Shown here piece by piece: positions 1-11,905 of a DNA stretch of 64,000 nucleotides. Position numbers and translations under genes: made by a program. Location of the stretch: assembly GCA_964016885.1 (NCBI GenBank), contig OZ024749.1, forward strand, positions 930,001 to 994,000, written 5' to 3'. Under the pieces are notes generated by a model. That model did no database searches. It saw nothing but the letters and a program-made list of their open reading frames with translations, and was not told the DNA's origin. Origin of the DNA: Eledone cirrhosa. Taxonomy: Eukaryota. Position 1 is the stretch's first letter, and each line of letters opens with the position of its first letter.

Positions 1-384
1 CAGGTTCATGCGTGGGCGATCCCTCAAGGCGGGAGACAGAAAGCGACAGGTATATAAAGCCTTTATCATCCCACGTTTAACACAGAGAGATCGGCGCCAT
101 ACTCTATAGACAAGCTATGTAAAGATTCACCACCTACTACAGGTCACAGTGGCCTACAATTAACCACAAACCATTACCCTCTTTCTCTCCTGGTCGCAGA
201 CTACACCAGCCTCATGAACCAACAACAAAATAACATCGTCAACCTTCGCGACTCGTGGTAACTTGTTTATTTTTCATTTTGACTGAAGTGAAGTAAACCT
301 TTTTATATATAAAGTAAATCAGCTATTCTTGTTATTTCATCTAACAACCACAACTAATACCCTTCGTTACATATACATATATAT

Positions 385-898
385 AAATGTAATCCGAGTT
401 TTTCGAATATTAATAATTGTTTCTACTTTTGGCACAAGGCCAGCAATTATCCCAGTGCATTACTGGTACTTTATTTTATCGACCCCGTAAGGATGAAAGG
501 CAAAGTTAACCTCGGCGGGATTTCAACTCAGAACGTAAAGCGCCATAACTCTATGCAGTAAAGCAACATTAATAATAACATTCGATTCGTTTGCAATTAT
601 GCAAACACGCCTCAATTTTATAGCCATGTTAGTAGAATGAACACTTCATTCTTGTTCTTGTGTTGGCATGCGAACAGAACTGCAGAAACTAATGTTTCTA
701 GGTATCACCCTTCATCAGTACAGCTCTGTGTTCACCTGCCAAACTGTGAGCTGTACTGATGAAGGGTGATGTTCGCATGCCAACACAAGAGCAAGAATGA
801 AGTGTTCATTCTACTGACATGGCTATAAAATTGAGGCTTGTTTGCATAATTGCAAACGAATCGAATATTATTATTAATATTCGAAAAGCTCAGATTAC

Positions 899-901
<3 letters not shown>
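385..901 (-). mobile_element. Fold-back Penelope-like pLTR derivative with hammerhead-like motif; left arm interrupted by a SINE
   Basis: 385-416 plus 568-676 is the reverse complement of ~770-901. Minus strand 726-677 reads GAGCTGTA-CTGATGA-AGGGTGATACCTA-GAAAC-ATTAGTTTC-TGCAGTTC. Flanked by (TA)n. Confidence 0.7.
417..567 (-). mobile_element. tRNA-derived SINE family A, 5'-truncated
   Basis: Matches the many copies of gtttctacttttggcacaaggccagc...aaggatgaaaggcaaagttaacc. ATTAATAAT is duplicated on both sides (408-416, 568-576). Confidence 0.85.
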
Positions 902-997
<96 letters not shown>

Positions 998-1182
998 TAT
1001 ATATATAAATGGAAAAGAATAAAACGAAATTTCATTTCTCACTCTTAGTACGGCTGCTACTTAAATGTAAGTATCACATATATATATGTAGATATATATG
1101 TAATATATATATATATGTATACATATATATATATATATTACATACATATCTACATATATATATATATTACATACATATCTAC

Positions 1183-1214
<32 letters not shown>

Positions 1215-1295
1215 CTACATATATATATATATGTGTGTATATATATATATACATATATAAAGAAGAAATTAAAAGATGGTTAAAAAAGTTCCATA

Positions 1296-1365
1296 TATTT
1301 TATTATGCGCATTTCGAAAGCAATATCATCCTAGGACAAAAATTGTGTTCTCATCAGATAAAATA
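1296..1365 (-). ncRNA. Type I hammerhead ribozyme motif (inverted copy, perfect 8-bp stem I)
   Basis: Minus strand reads TATTTTAT-CTGATGA-GAACACAATTTTTGTCCTAGGATGATATTGCTTTC-GAAA-TGCGCA-TA-ATAAAATA. Confidence 0.72.
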
Positions 1366-1385
1366 AGGTAACATGATATGAGGCC

Positions 1386-1455
1386 TATTTTATCTGATGA
1401 GAACACAATTTTTGTCCCAGGATGATGTTGTTTTCGAAATGCGCATAATAAATTA
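1386..1455 (+). ncRNA. Type I hammerhead ribozyme motif (canonical core)
   Basis: TATTTTAT-CTGATGA-G[long stem II]C-GAAA-TGCGCA-TA-ATAAA. Stem I pairs and stem III is the palindrome ATGCGCAT. Confidence 0.7.
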
Positions 1456-1618
1456 TTTGGAGCTTTTTTAATTTCTTTTTTATATATACTCCAGTTCTAC
1501 CAACTGTTGAGTGCTACTTATCTGATATATGTATAGTTTTATTGTTCTACAATATTACTCACCTCGTATATATATATATACATATATATCTACACATATA
1601 TATATATATACATATATG

Positions 1619-2658
1619 TAGATTAGCACGAGTCTTTACTATCCATTCCATAAAATTAATGAAAATCTAAATTACGTAAGTTTCAATTCTAATCCTAGAA
1701 ATATTAAAAACACTATTGTCAATAGCGTCCAACAACAGATTTCACGCATCTCTGCTAATAAAAATATTTTTGATGATAAGGCAGAATATTACATTGAAGC
1801 TTTACATAGAGCAGGATACTCGAATAAATTTAAATACATTGATAACAATAACATGACAAATCATCCTAGTATTAATTATAATAATAATAAACAATTTAAC
1901 TTAAACACTAAACCAAACAAAAAAACTAGAACTAGAAATATTATTTGGTACTCTCCCCCATTCTCATTAAGCGTTAAAACACCTTTAGCAAAGCTATGTT
2001 TTAAAGCACTAGATAAGTGTTTTCCTAAAGCCCACAGATACCACTCTATTTTTAACAGATACACTATAAAACTATTCTACTCTACTACTATGAACATAAC
2101 ACAAAATATAAATAGAATTAATAATAGAAACTTAAATTTAAACCCTAACCAAACTAACAATAATAATATTTCTAACAACAATATTCAGAATAATAGTACC
2201 GTTCTGAACAACAATAACTCCAGTAAATGTAACTGTAGAATCAAATCAAACTGCCCTTTACAAAATAATTGTTTAGACAAAAACGTAGTTTATAAATGCA
2301 CAGTTAAAACTAGAGACAAAATGTTTAACTATGTTGGTGCCACTTCTACAAAATTCAAAGAACGCTGGTATAACCATAAACACACATTTAATAGATCCGA
2401 TAAAAAATCTTTCACTTCAATTTCACATTTAATTTGGAACTTAAAAGACAACAATATAGACTATTCAATATCTTGGGGGACGATTTCGAAAGCACCTGCA
2501 TACCGAAATATGGCTTTCTCAAGATTCTGTAACTTGTGTATCGAGGAAATTTTTTTTATATAATTAACTGTCAAAATTCTATTAATCTTAAAACAGAATT
2601 ATTTTCTACTTGCAGACATCGCCAAAATTCCACTTTCAGAAGTATTTTTAATTTATGA
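1619..2658 (+). pseudogene. PLE RT C-terminus plus GIY-YIG endonuclease (frameshifted)
   Basis: Frame is open 1619-2563: YYPFHKINENLNYVSFNSNP...ALHRAGY, IIWYSPPFS, CNCRIKSNCPLQNNC (CxCx5Cx5C), VVYKC...YVGAT...FKERWYNH, CNLCIEE. After a shift in the T-run near 2550 it continues NLKTELFSTCRH to TGA at 2656-2658. Confidence 0.88.
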
Positions 2659-3808
2659 TATTCATTACACTTGACTATATCTTATACACCTTCAAAAGGA
2701 TCCCATTTTCTTTAAAAATTTAAAATGATCTTCCTTCTTAATTTTTTAATATTTCTACTATTATTACCATTTGACTTTAATTTTTTAATATATTTTTTTA
2801 CTATTTTTACCTTTTGACATGATTTTCCTAATGATATCCCTCTAAATATATTTTTTTAGGTGTAGATTGATAATCTTTAATTGACATTCTGAAAGTTTAT
2901 CCTCTTTACGATAGTTCTTCGAAATGCACATTAAATTTTCCTTTCCTTTTGATCTTCAAACTTTCACACATCTTTGACTAAAATAATATATAATTGAAAT
3001 TAATCTCACACAAAATAATATATAATTTTCTCTATATATTTTCAGAGTAAATCATTCATCAAATTTAACGGTTAACAAACAAGATTGGAGTTATCTTTCC
3101 CTTTTCAATCGTGCAAACATAAACATTATATTATAATATAATAAACTATATAACTTCGCTAAATTAACAATATTCTGAAAACATTTTCAATGTTGGAACA
3201 AAATATTCGAATCTACAAATTGTTCTCCTCTTACAACTTGAACTACCTGTTTTTTTAATGTAAAATGCAAAATTAACTTCCTTCGTAACTCAATATTAGA
3301 AATATAAACAACTAATAATTGTAAAGTATTTCTATTTCTATAATACTTATACATGCACAATTATTAATCTATATAGATATTTATATACTTGCAACCCATT
3401 GTAATGTAATAAGATAAAATCTACTTACAACCATAATTCTTCATATAATCTAATTGATTATATATATACAATATTATAACTCATAATATAGCTAAATAAA
3501 TTTAAATTCTGGAATCATATTCCATCATTCCCGCAAATTGTTAATTCCTTTTAAATTAACGTAAATACAAGCTCTTCTTTCTTTTCTTCTTCTTCCTACT
3601 CATACATACATATATTCTAATTATTTAAATTCTGCATAGCGTCTAAAATGACGTTTTTTCAGCCCCATACCTCAACCTCATTTGCATACTCACATTAACA
3701 ATTTGAAATATCTGACTTTTCTTCTCTTTTCCCTTCACTATTCAAGAAAAACTTGAACCGCTAAGGTATCTTTCTTTGGTTATGTCAAAATTTATAAAAC
3801 AAATTTTG

Positions 3809-3869
3809 TATTTTATTTGATGAAAGCATACCAAAGTTTTGGTACTCTTGAAATATATATAATAGAATA
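3809..3869 (+). ncRNA. Hammerhead-like motif at the PLE 3' end (C3U variant or decay)
   Basis: TATTTTAT-TTGATGA-AAGCATACCAAAGTTTTGGTACTCTT-GAAA-TATATA-TA-ATAGAATA. Confidence 0.6.
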
Positions 3870-3954
3870 AATATGGTTTTATAAATATAGTTTCCATTTA
3901 TTTAATATCATTGTATATATATATATATATGTAGATATATAATATATATATATG

Positions 3955-4352
3955 TAAGAATATTTTCGAAACAGCGAGCGGGTTTGAAATTATTATAAAT
4001 GTAAGCTATCGCCGTATTTTGACTTAAGAAATAACTGTTTCTACTATTGGCATAAGGCCAGCAATTACCCAGTGTATTACTGGTACTTTATTTTATCGAC
4101 CCCGTAAGGATGAAAGGCAAAGTCAACCTCGGCGGGATTTGAACTCAGATCGTAAAGGGACGTAACTATGCTGGAAAGCATGGCGTCCGACCCTCTACCG
4201 ATACTGCCAATCCACCAGCCTGATAGTGGGGTTAAGAACCCTCGGAGAAATGGAAAAAGATGAGTATTGACATACATGTACGTCAATACTCATCTTTTTC
4301 CATTTCTCCGAGGGTTCTTAACCCCACTATCAGGCTAAATAATTTCTTTAAA
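3955..4352. mobile_element. Fold-back element with a near-perfect ~58-bp-arm palindrome; left arm interrupted by a SINE
   Basis: agcctgatagtggggttaagaaccctcggagaaatggaaaaagatgagtattgac (~4217-4271) is mirrored at ~4282-4336. Confidence 0.7.
4033..4218 (-). mobile_element. tRNA-derived SINE family A
   Basis: Minus-strand head TGGCAGTATCGGTAGAG (A box) and GAGTTCAAATCC (B box), then the core GGTTGACTTTGCCTTTCATCCTTACGGGGTCGATAAAAT. Confidence 0.88.
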
Positions 4353-4385
4353 TATATATATGTATATATATATACATGGAGATAT

Positions 4386-4778
4386 ATCATCATCATCATC
4401 ATTTTACATCCGCTTTTCCCTGCTTGCAAGGGTGGGATGGGAACTGATTCTGGCTTGATTTCTACAGCTGGATGCCCTTCCTAACACCAACCTCATTTAC
4501 AGTGAGTGCTGGGTGCTTTTTCTTTTTCTGTAGCGCCTACACGTCCACTTTACAGTGAGTGCTGGGTGTTTTTTTACCGTGGCACCGCCACGACCACTTT
4601 GCAGTGGTATGATAGGGACGCCAGTCCTATCATCTCATTTCCACAGCTGAGTAAACTGGAGCAATGTGAAATAAAGTGTCTTGCTCAAGGAAACAACACC
4701 TCACCCGGTCTGAGAATTGAACTCACAACCTTTCTGTTGCAAGCCCAATGCTCTAACCACTAAGCCATGTGCCTTCAT
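4386..4778 (-). mobile_element. tRNA-derived SINE family B (RTE-tailed)
   Basis: Head GGCACATGGCTTAGTGGTTAGAGC...GAGTTCAATTC. The 3' end CCCACCCTTGCAAGCAGGGAAAAGCGGATGTAAAATGATGAT is shared with the RTE LINE. Confidence 0.88.
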
Positions 4779-4799
4779 ATGTAGATATATATGTAGACA

Positions 4800-4857
<58 letters not shown>

Positions 4858-4858
<1 letters not shown>

Positions 4859-7545
4859 CATCATCATCATTTTACTTCCACTTTTCCCTGCTTGCAAGAG
4901 TGGGACGGGTCCTATTCAGCACAGCATCTCTCCACTTGTCACGGTCCTACATGATCTCCACCGTGAGCTTCAGCAATCTGAGGTCTGTTCTCACCACCTT
5001 CGCCCACGTCTTCCTTCAACTGGCATTTCCTGGTACTTCTTCACCCATCGGTCATCCTCCATGCGCATCACATGTCCATACCACTGCAGTCTCCTCTCTC
5101 GCACACTACATTCTATCCCTCTTAGACACAGTTTCCCTCTCAACACATCCATGCTGGGACGTTCACGCACATTGACGTTGTACAACCAACAGAGCATGCT
5201 TGCCTCATTTCTCTCCAGCCGTCGCATGTCCTCTGCAGTTGCTGCCCAAGTCTCACTACCATGCAGCATCGTGCTCCTCACACAGGCATCATATAACCGG
5301 CTTTTTGTATGCAGGTAGAAACCCTTCTTTGTCAGCAGAGGAAGCAGCTCCCTAAACTTCTTCCAACCCGTCCTTATTCTAGATACTATGACCTCAGAAC
5401 ACCCACCTCCCATGCTAATCTGATCTCCTGGGTACCGGAAGCTATCCACCACTTCTATAGCGCCCTCCTGCATTTTAAAAATGTGTCTATCAATGCGACT
5501 TCTACTGTCTAATTTCCCTGTACATCTACTGCATACATAATTCTCCCTACCTGTTAGTTTTCCTGCTATCCCGCTACATCTCTTGTGTACCCAGGATCTG
5601 CATTGTGTGCATTTTATAGAATTTATGCCAGTTCTTTTTCTGCATATCGAACATGGCCATTTCCCTGATGGAATCAGAGTTTTGTCCTCTTTTCTACTCA
5701 TCAACACTTTTGTCTTAGCTAGGTTCACTCTCAGTCCTCTTGCTTCCAACTGCTGTTTCCATAGCCAGAATTTATTCTCTAGCTCCTCTACTGATTCTGC
5801 TATAAGAACCAGATCATCAGCATAGAGAAGTTCCCATGGACAGCCAGTCTTAAACTCCTCACTAAACTCCATTCCTACCCTCACTTTACTGACAGCACCT
5901 CTGGACAAAGTTTGCACTGCCCTCACAAGCCATTCCTCAACACCTAGTTTCCTTAGGGACCACCAGATGACAGATCGGGGTACCATATCAAAGGCCTTCT
6001 CCAGGTCAACAAAAGCTAAGTATAGTGGCTTATTCTTCTCTAAGAACCTCTCTTGTAATTGTCTCACTAAGAAGAGGGCATCTGTTGTACTTTTCCCAGG
6101 CACAAAACCAAACTGCATCTCATCTAATTTGACCCTTTCTCGAATTACTTGCGCTAATATTCTCTCTGCCACTTTCATAACCTGATCAATCAGTTTTATA
6201 TTTATACCCCTATAATTGCTCCTCTCCAGAGCATCCCCTTTACCTTTGTAGCAATGTATGAGAATACTGCTGCACCAGTCTTTGGGTATGACACTGCCAT
6301 ATATAGCCTGATTGATGATGCATGCAACCAGTTTAGTGCCTACGTCCCCTGATGCCTTCAGCATCTCAACAACTATCCCTGACGGTCAAGCGGCCTTACC
6401 ATCTTTCATTTCCTTAATCGCCTCTTGGACCCTATATTCGTCAATCTCAATAGCTGGTCCCTCTGTAGGATCTACTGAGGGTAATTTCTCTCTCTCCCAT
6501 TCGTCAGTCTCTCATAATGACATTTCCAGGCCACCTTTTTCTGATTATTCGTGACACTAAGTACACCGGCATCATTCCGGACACATTTATCTCCAACAAC
6601 ATCCTGATTTGCATTGACACACTGCCTTGCAATGTGGAACCCGCTACCTAACTAGTAAGAAGTCAATCTGGCTTATGTGCTCGCCTGATTTGTAGGTTAT
6701 TAGGTGGTTGGCAGGTTTCTGGAAGTTAGTGTACTTGCATCACAAAATTCAAGAAGTCTCACTCCTTCTTCATTTCTTGAGCCATAACCGTGCCCACCAT
6801 GTACCCCAGTGTAACCATCCTGGTGCTGTCCAACATGTCCATTGAAGTCCCCTGCTAGCATAACTATGTTTCCGTCCTCTGTCATTGAGGCTGTTTGTAA
6901 AAGTTGCTCGTAAAAGCAGTCTTTCTCTTATTTACCTAGGCCTGTTTGGGGAGCATAGGCAGAGATGATTGTCAGTAGTCTCTTGCCTACAACTAATCTA
7001 AGCTTAATTATTCTATTAATAACTCGAACTACCTCTATTGTCTTATTGATCCATCTCTCAGCCAAGAAAATGCCTACTCTCCCTCACCCATCATCCTTAC
7101 CTACCCAGAAAAGCTTATAGCTAAGATGTTTGCCTGCGATTAGTCTCGCAGAGGCACCTCTCCATCTCACCTCTTGCACACAGCACACATCCACATGCCT
7201 TCTCTCCAGCATCTCCGCTATTTCAGCAGATCTACCTGTTAGAGTGCCAACATTAAGTGTTGCAACTCTGAGATGCGACGTCTTCAAATTTTTGTTGTTC
7301 CTTTTCCTGTAGTGCGATTGACTGATGACGGTCAGGGGGTTCTCGCACATGGCCGCACCAGCCACCCCACTACCGTGCACAGCCCTAACATGGTCAGTGC
7401 TATTGCTGTTTACGCAGTTATTGCGATATATATTTCTTGTTGTGCTCATAATTGTTTTGGCATTGATACACTGGTTGGATGCCCTTCCTAACACCAGTGC
7501 CCCTTTGCAGCATAGACTGGGTGCTTTTATTCGTGCCACCAGTAC
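4858..7545 (-). mobile_element. RTE-clade LINE (APE endonuclease plus RT), internally deleted and decayed
   Basis: LRVATLNVGTL...DVCCVQEVRW and AGDFNGHVG (APE); QFGFVPGKSTTDA, AFVDLEKAFD, LLYADDLV (RT); (GAT)n tail. Homologous to 53543-56720. Confidence 0.95.
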
Positions 7546-7769
7546 TAGAGAGGATGTTTAGTGTTGGTGATGCTGCATTTATGGGCCCTCTCTGCCCCTC
7601 CATTTTACAGCATGGTCATAACAATAATAATAACACTATTAATAATTATTAATTAATGCAATTATGCAATGTCTATGCGTGAAGAATATTTTTAAAGTGA
7701 AGACAGACAGTGCACTGAGCCAATCCCATTCTCTGAGCGACAGTAGCTATAACCCGAAAAGAAGAAAAG

Positions 7770-7925
7770 ATCAACATCATCGGTAACTACTGAGCTGCAG
7801 GTTTTATGTTGGAGTTAACCCAGTTTCCTGAGATGCCTTCTCCTAGAAGATTGCTCTGACAAGGGCTAGGGGTCCTTCACTCCCAGTGGTTTAACTGCAC
7901 GATCGGGTATCCAGCCCGATTATTT
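7770..7925 (-). mobile_element. Probable 5' UTR fragment of another RTE-type element
   Basis: Minus strand ctgggagtgaagg...gcaatcttctaggagaagg...aaacctgc resembles RTE/BovB-type 5' UTR motifs (from memory). Confidence 0.35.
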
Positions 7926-8442
7926 TTATGTCCCCCGCCCCAAACAAAATAAAAAATAATAATCACTTATTGACACTCATACGTACAGCTCACACACACA
8001 CACACTCAAGCATACAAACACACATGCCACTCACTCACTCACCAACACTCATGCATACAAACACACACACACACATATATACATAACCGTCATTACTGAT
8101 ACAAGATCATGTCAACTGTTGACTTTAGAAGGAGCTCATATAATTGAAGCCGAGTGTTACTGTTCAGTATTATTATAATAATTGTTTGTTTTACAGCATA
8201 GAGCAATGGCCCTCCACACTCCGGGCCCAAAACAAGGCACCAGCAATGCACTGCCCTGTGCCAAGAACAGAATAATTACTATTATTATAGTTGTTGTTTT
8301 CTTCTTAAGGCCTGATCACTGGTGATGGTGATGGATGGTGTCAGTGATGGTGGTGGCAGTTGATGTTGTTATTGTTGCTACTGCTGCTGCCGTTGTTCAT
8401 TTCACTCTGATGCTGTTGCTGTGTGTATATATATATATATGT

Positions 8443-8794
8443 ATCATCATCATCATTTTCATTTCATTTTACGTCCACTTTTCCCTGCTTGCAAGGGTGG
8501 GACGGGAACTGATTCTGGCTTGGTTTCTACAGCTGGATGCCCTTCCTAACACCAACCTCATTTACAGTGAGTGCTGGGTGCTTTTTTTTTCCCCGTGGCA
8601 CCTACACGTCCACTTTACAGTGGAATGATAGGGACCCCAGTCCCTATCATCTCATTTCTACAGCTGAGTAAACTGGAGCAATGTGAAATGAAGTGTCTTG
8701 CTCAAGGAAACAACACATTACTCGGTCTGAGAATTGAACTCACAAACTTTCGATTGCAAGGCCAATGCTCTAACCACTAAGCTATGTGCCTCCA
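8443..8794 (-). mobile_element. SINE family B (RTE-tailed)
   Basis: Near-identical to 4386-4778 and 60277-60603. Confidence 0.9.
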
Positions 8795-8796
8795 TT

Positions 8797-8799
8797 ATG

Positions 8800-8849
<50 letters not shown>

Positions 8850-8851
8850 TA

Positions 8852-8926
<75 letters not shown>

Positions 8927-8945
8927 ATATATATGTATGAATATA

Positions 8946-8999
<54 letters not shown>

Positions 9000-9034
9000 A
9001 ATCAGCCGGTGGTTGGAACAGGTAACCGAGTAAA

Positions 9035-9088
<54 letters not shown>
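8797..9088. repeat. (TA)n/(TG)n/(GA)n microsatellite
   Basis: Direct reading. Confidence 0.95.
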
Positions 9089-9817
9089 GCGGGATTCAAT
9101 CCATCATCCCTGGACTGGTATTTTATTTATCAATCCTGAAAGGAGGGAAGGCAAAGTTGACGTTGGTGGGATTTGAACTCAGAATGCAGAGAGCTGGAAC
9201 AAATATCTTAAAGCATGATAAAGGCTGTGCAATTTCACCTCCCACTGCTCTGTAGTAGAAAAAGTCAATATTGAACATTGAAAGATTTACAGGGAAGACA
9301 ACAGCTCACAATTATTTATTATTTAAATACATGCAAACATTTTGTTTTATTTAATCATAGTTTTTATTGTAATATAATATTTCATTTAATTCTTTGGTGA
9401 CCCTTTGAAAAGCTGCAGAAGAAATGTAAACAAATTGACATATTCTGTCATTCCCCATCAATCAGACATTAAGTCAATGAGACTTTCTCATGATATTGAT
9501 ATCGAACAAAAACATAAATTCAATCTTTTTGATAGTAACCCCACTGAAACTGCCCTTGGATCTACAATGAAAAAACAACAAATCATTTATTATGAAAGTG
9601 TTTGTATATAAATTTAAACCTTTCCTTATGATATTTTGTGAGAACCTTTGTTAAGCTACATTTCAAACAAAGTTAACAATGAGAAAATAAGTTTTACTAT
9701 AGCCATCTCCATTTTCAAAATTAATTGAAAACCACAGACAGTGTCATACATTAGAAATATGGTAATGAAAGGGTTAATGATAACAAGCAAAAACAGAGTT
9801 TTGTTATAATAATAATA

Positions 9818-10312
9818 ATTGTTTCTACTTTTGGTACAAGGCCAGCAATTATCCCAGTACATTACTGGTACTTTATTTTATCGACCCCGTAAGGATGAAA
9901 GGCAAAGTTAACCTTGGCGGGAATTGAACTGAGATCGTAAAGGGACGTAACTCTATGCTGGAAAGCATGTCCGACCCTCTACCGATACTGCCAATTCACC
10001 GCCCTGTTATAATAATAATAATGGTTTCTGATTTAGGCACAAGGTCAGCAATTTTAGGGGGAAATGGGAAAGTCAATTAAATCGACCTCAGTGTATTACT
10101 GGTACTTTATTTTATCATCCCCGTATGGATGAAAGGTAAAGCTAACCTTGGTAGGATAATTTGAGGGGAGGGGAAAGTCAATTAAATCGACCCAGTGTAT
10201 TACTGGTACTTTATTTTATCTAACCTTGGCAGGATTTGAACTCCAAACACAAAAGGCCATAACTCTATGCCACTATGTTGTCCAATGCTCTACCAACACT
10301 GCCAATCCACCA
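9818..10312 (-). mobile_element. Cluster of SINE family A copies (one full, two partial)
   Basis: Repeated tattactggtactttattttatc and gatgaaaggcaaagttaacc blocks, with (TAA)n at 9806 and 10009. Confidence 0.85.
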
Positions 10313-10581
10313 GGTGTGGTTGACACCTATCACGAGTAAAGATGTTTACATTCTAGCTACTGCTTACGAAAGATCACCAATTCTTCTTCTTCTAAGTAAA
10401 CAATAATTAATACATGGTGTATTTATCCATTCAATTTATTTCAAAGGTGTTAGCGTTCTTCTCAGGGAGAGCCAGCCAACATGGGTTTACCAATTTCAGA
10501 AATGTAAAATATAACACAAATTGATAGTCTTGTCAAAATGATATACATATGGTAAGAGAAAATAATAATGATAATAATAAT

Positions 10582-10794
10582 TTTTTCTACATTTGGCACA
10601 AGGCCAGCAATTTGAAGGGAAAGAGAAAGTCAATTAAATCAACCCCAGTGTATTACTGGTACTTTATCTTATTGACCCCATAAGGATGAAAGGCGAAGTT
10701 GACCGCAGTGGCTTTTGTAATCAGGACGTAATGAGCCAGAACAAATACTGCAAAGCATTTGTCTGATGCTCTGTGTCTGCCAATCCACTGCCCT
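10582..10794 (-). mobile_element. SINE family A
   Basis: Same core; flanked by (TAA)n. Confidence 0.8.
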
Positions 10795-11186
10795 GAATGA
10801 TAATAATAATAAAATATTTTGCAAGACTAAAAAAAAGTCAATGCTAATATATATATATATACACATACATATATATATGAGAGAGAGAGATTAAATAAAA
10901 GCATCATTTTTAAAAAATAATTTTGGTCATGCTTTGTAAAAGGCCCACACATCAAAGAACCAACATTTATTTATTGATAAAGAATTAGAAAAAATTCCAC
11001 AATTGTTATTTCAATAAATCTGTTTTTGCAGAAACCTCATTCCATTGGAAATTACAAAGGGAATTTACAGAGAGAAGCTTGTGTTGTATACCATCACCTT
11101 TTATTTAAATAAAGGCAAATCTTGGGCAGAGAAAGTAGCTATATATGTGTGAGAAGAGGGAAAAATATTGTAATGAAGAATTACAT

Positions 11187-11217
<31 letters not shown>

Positions 11218-11716
11218 CTTACATGTACATAATATATTCTACAAGTCTTAAAAACTCCCTTTGGATTAAGACCATTCAGTTTTCTGTTGTTTTTCTTTTT
11301 CTTTCTAAAATTTCAAAGTGTTTTCTATCTTCCATTGGCAATGATTCTCATTAGTTATCTATATATATTTTTAAATAAGTAGATTATTATAACTCTCAGA
11401 ACATAAGAAGTTTCATATTCTTATGCCAAAATGATTCTGATTGTCTTGGATCAGATGGGTAGGCAAATCTTTTTGCGTTGTGTATACACATATGTACACA
11501 CACACACATACAAATATGTCATTTGAAAATTCAATTTAACCAACCCTTCTTATTTTGTAAAGAAAAAAAACAAAAAACAAAACCCTGTTAAGTCCCGAGC
11601 ATGTCTGGAGGTTGATCAGGCAAGAGCTTATCCCGGTTTTATTGGTGTTAAGGGACTGAGAGTTGAATATTGAATACAAGACTCAGGAAACACAACAAAC
11701 AATACTACTACTAATA

Positions 11717-11905
11717 ATTGTTTCTACTTTTGGCACAAGGCCAGCAATTATCCCAGTGTATTACTGGTACTTTATTTTATCGACCCTGTAAGGATGAAAG
11801 GCAAAGCTAACCTCGGCGGGATTTGAACTCAGAACATAAAGGGCCATAACTCTATGCTGCAAAGCATGGTGTTTGACGCTCTACCGATACAGCCAATTCA
11901 CCGCC
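11717..11905 (-). mobile_element. SINE family A, full length
   Basis: Same consensus. ctactaataat is repeated on both sides as a probable TSD. Confidence 0.88.

Larger units (their letters stand above)
1262..1566 (+). mobile_element. Fold-back Penelope-like pLTR derivative (same family as 15933-16290)
   Basis: Inverted arms ~1262-1366 and 1385-1480, then a unique tail 1484-1566 that matches the reverse complement of 15935-16020. Flanked by (TA)n. Confidence 0.8.
1619..3915 (+). mobile_element. 5'-truncated Penelope-like retroelement, Naiad-type
   Basis: RT thumb, linker and GIY-YIG endonuclease coding region, then a ~1.2 kb AT-rich 3' UTR ending in a hammerhead-like motif. Bounded by (TA)n. 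Confidence 0.85.

Noticed and set aside
1-265. CpG-richer segment at the window start as a gene or promoter
   Set aside because: No sustained ORF or recognisable motif; truncated by the window edge.
1853-2658. Selenocysteine recoding as reported for some Naiad elements
   Set aside because: Conserved Cys codons here are TGT/TGC; the interruption is a frameshift giving TAA, not an in-frame TGA.
4991-6364. Intact or domesticated RT gene
   Set aside because: Comparison with 53543-56720 shows the GVHQGS motif region is deleted and upstream frames are broken.
7460-7545. HDV-like ribozyme in the RTE 5' UTR
   Set aside because: Could not build the nested double pseudoknot by eye.
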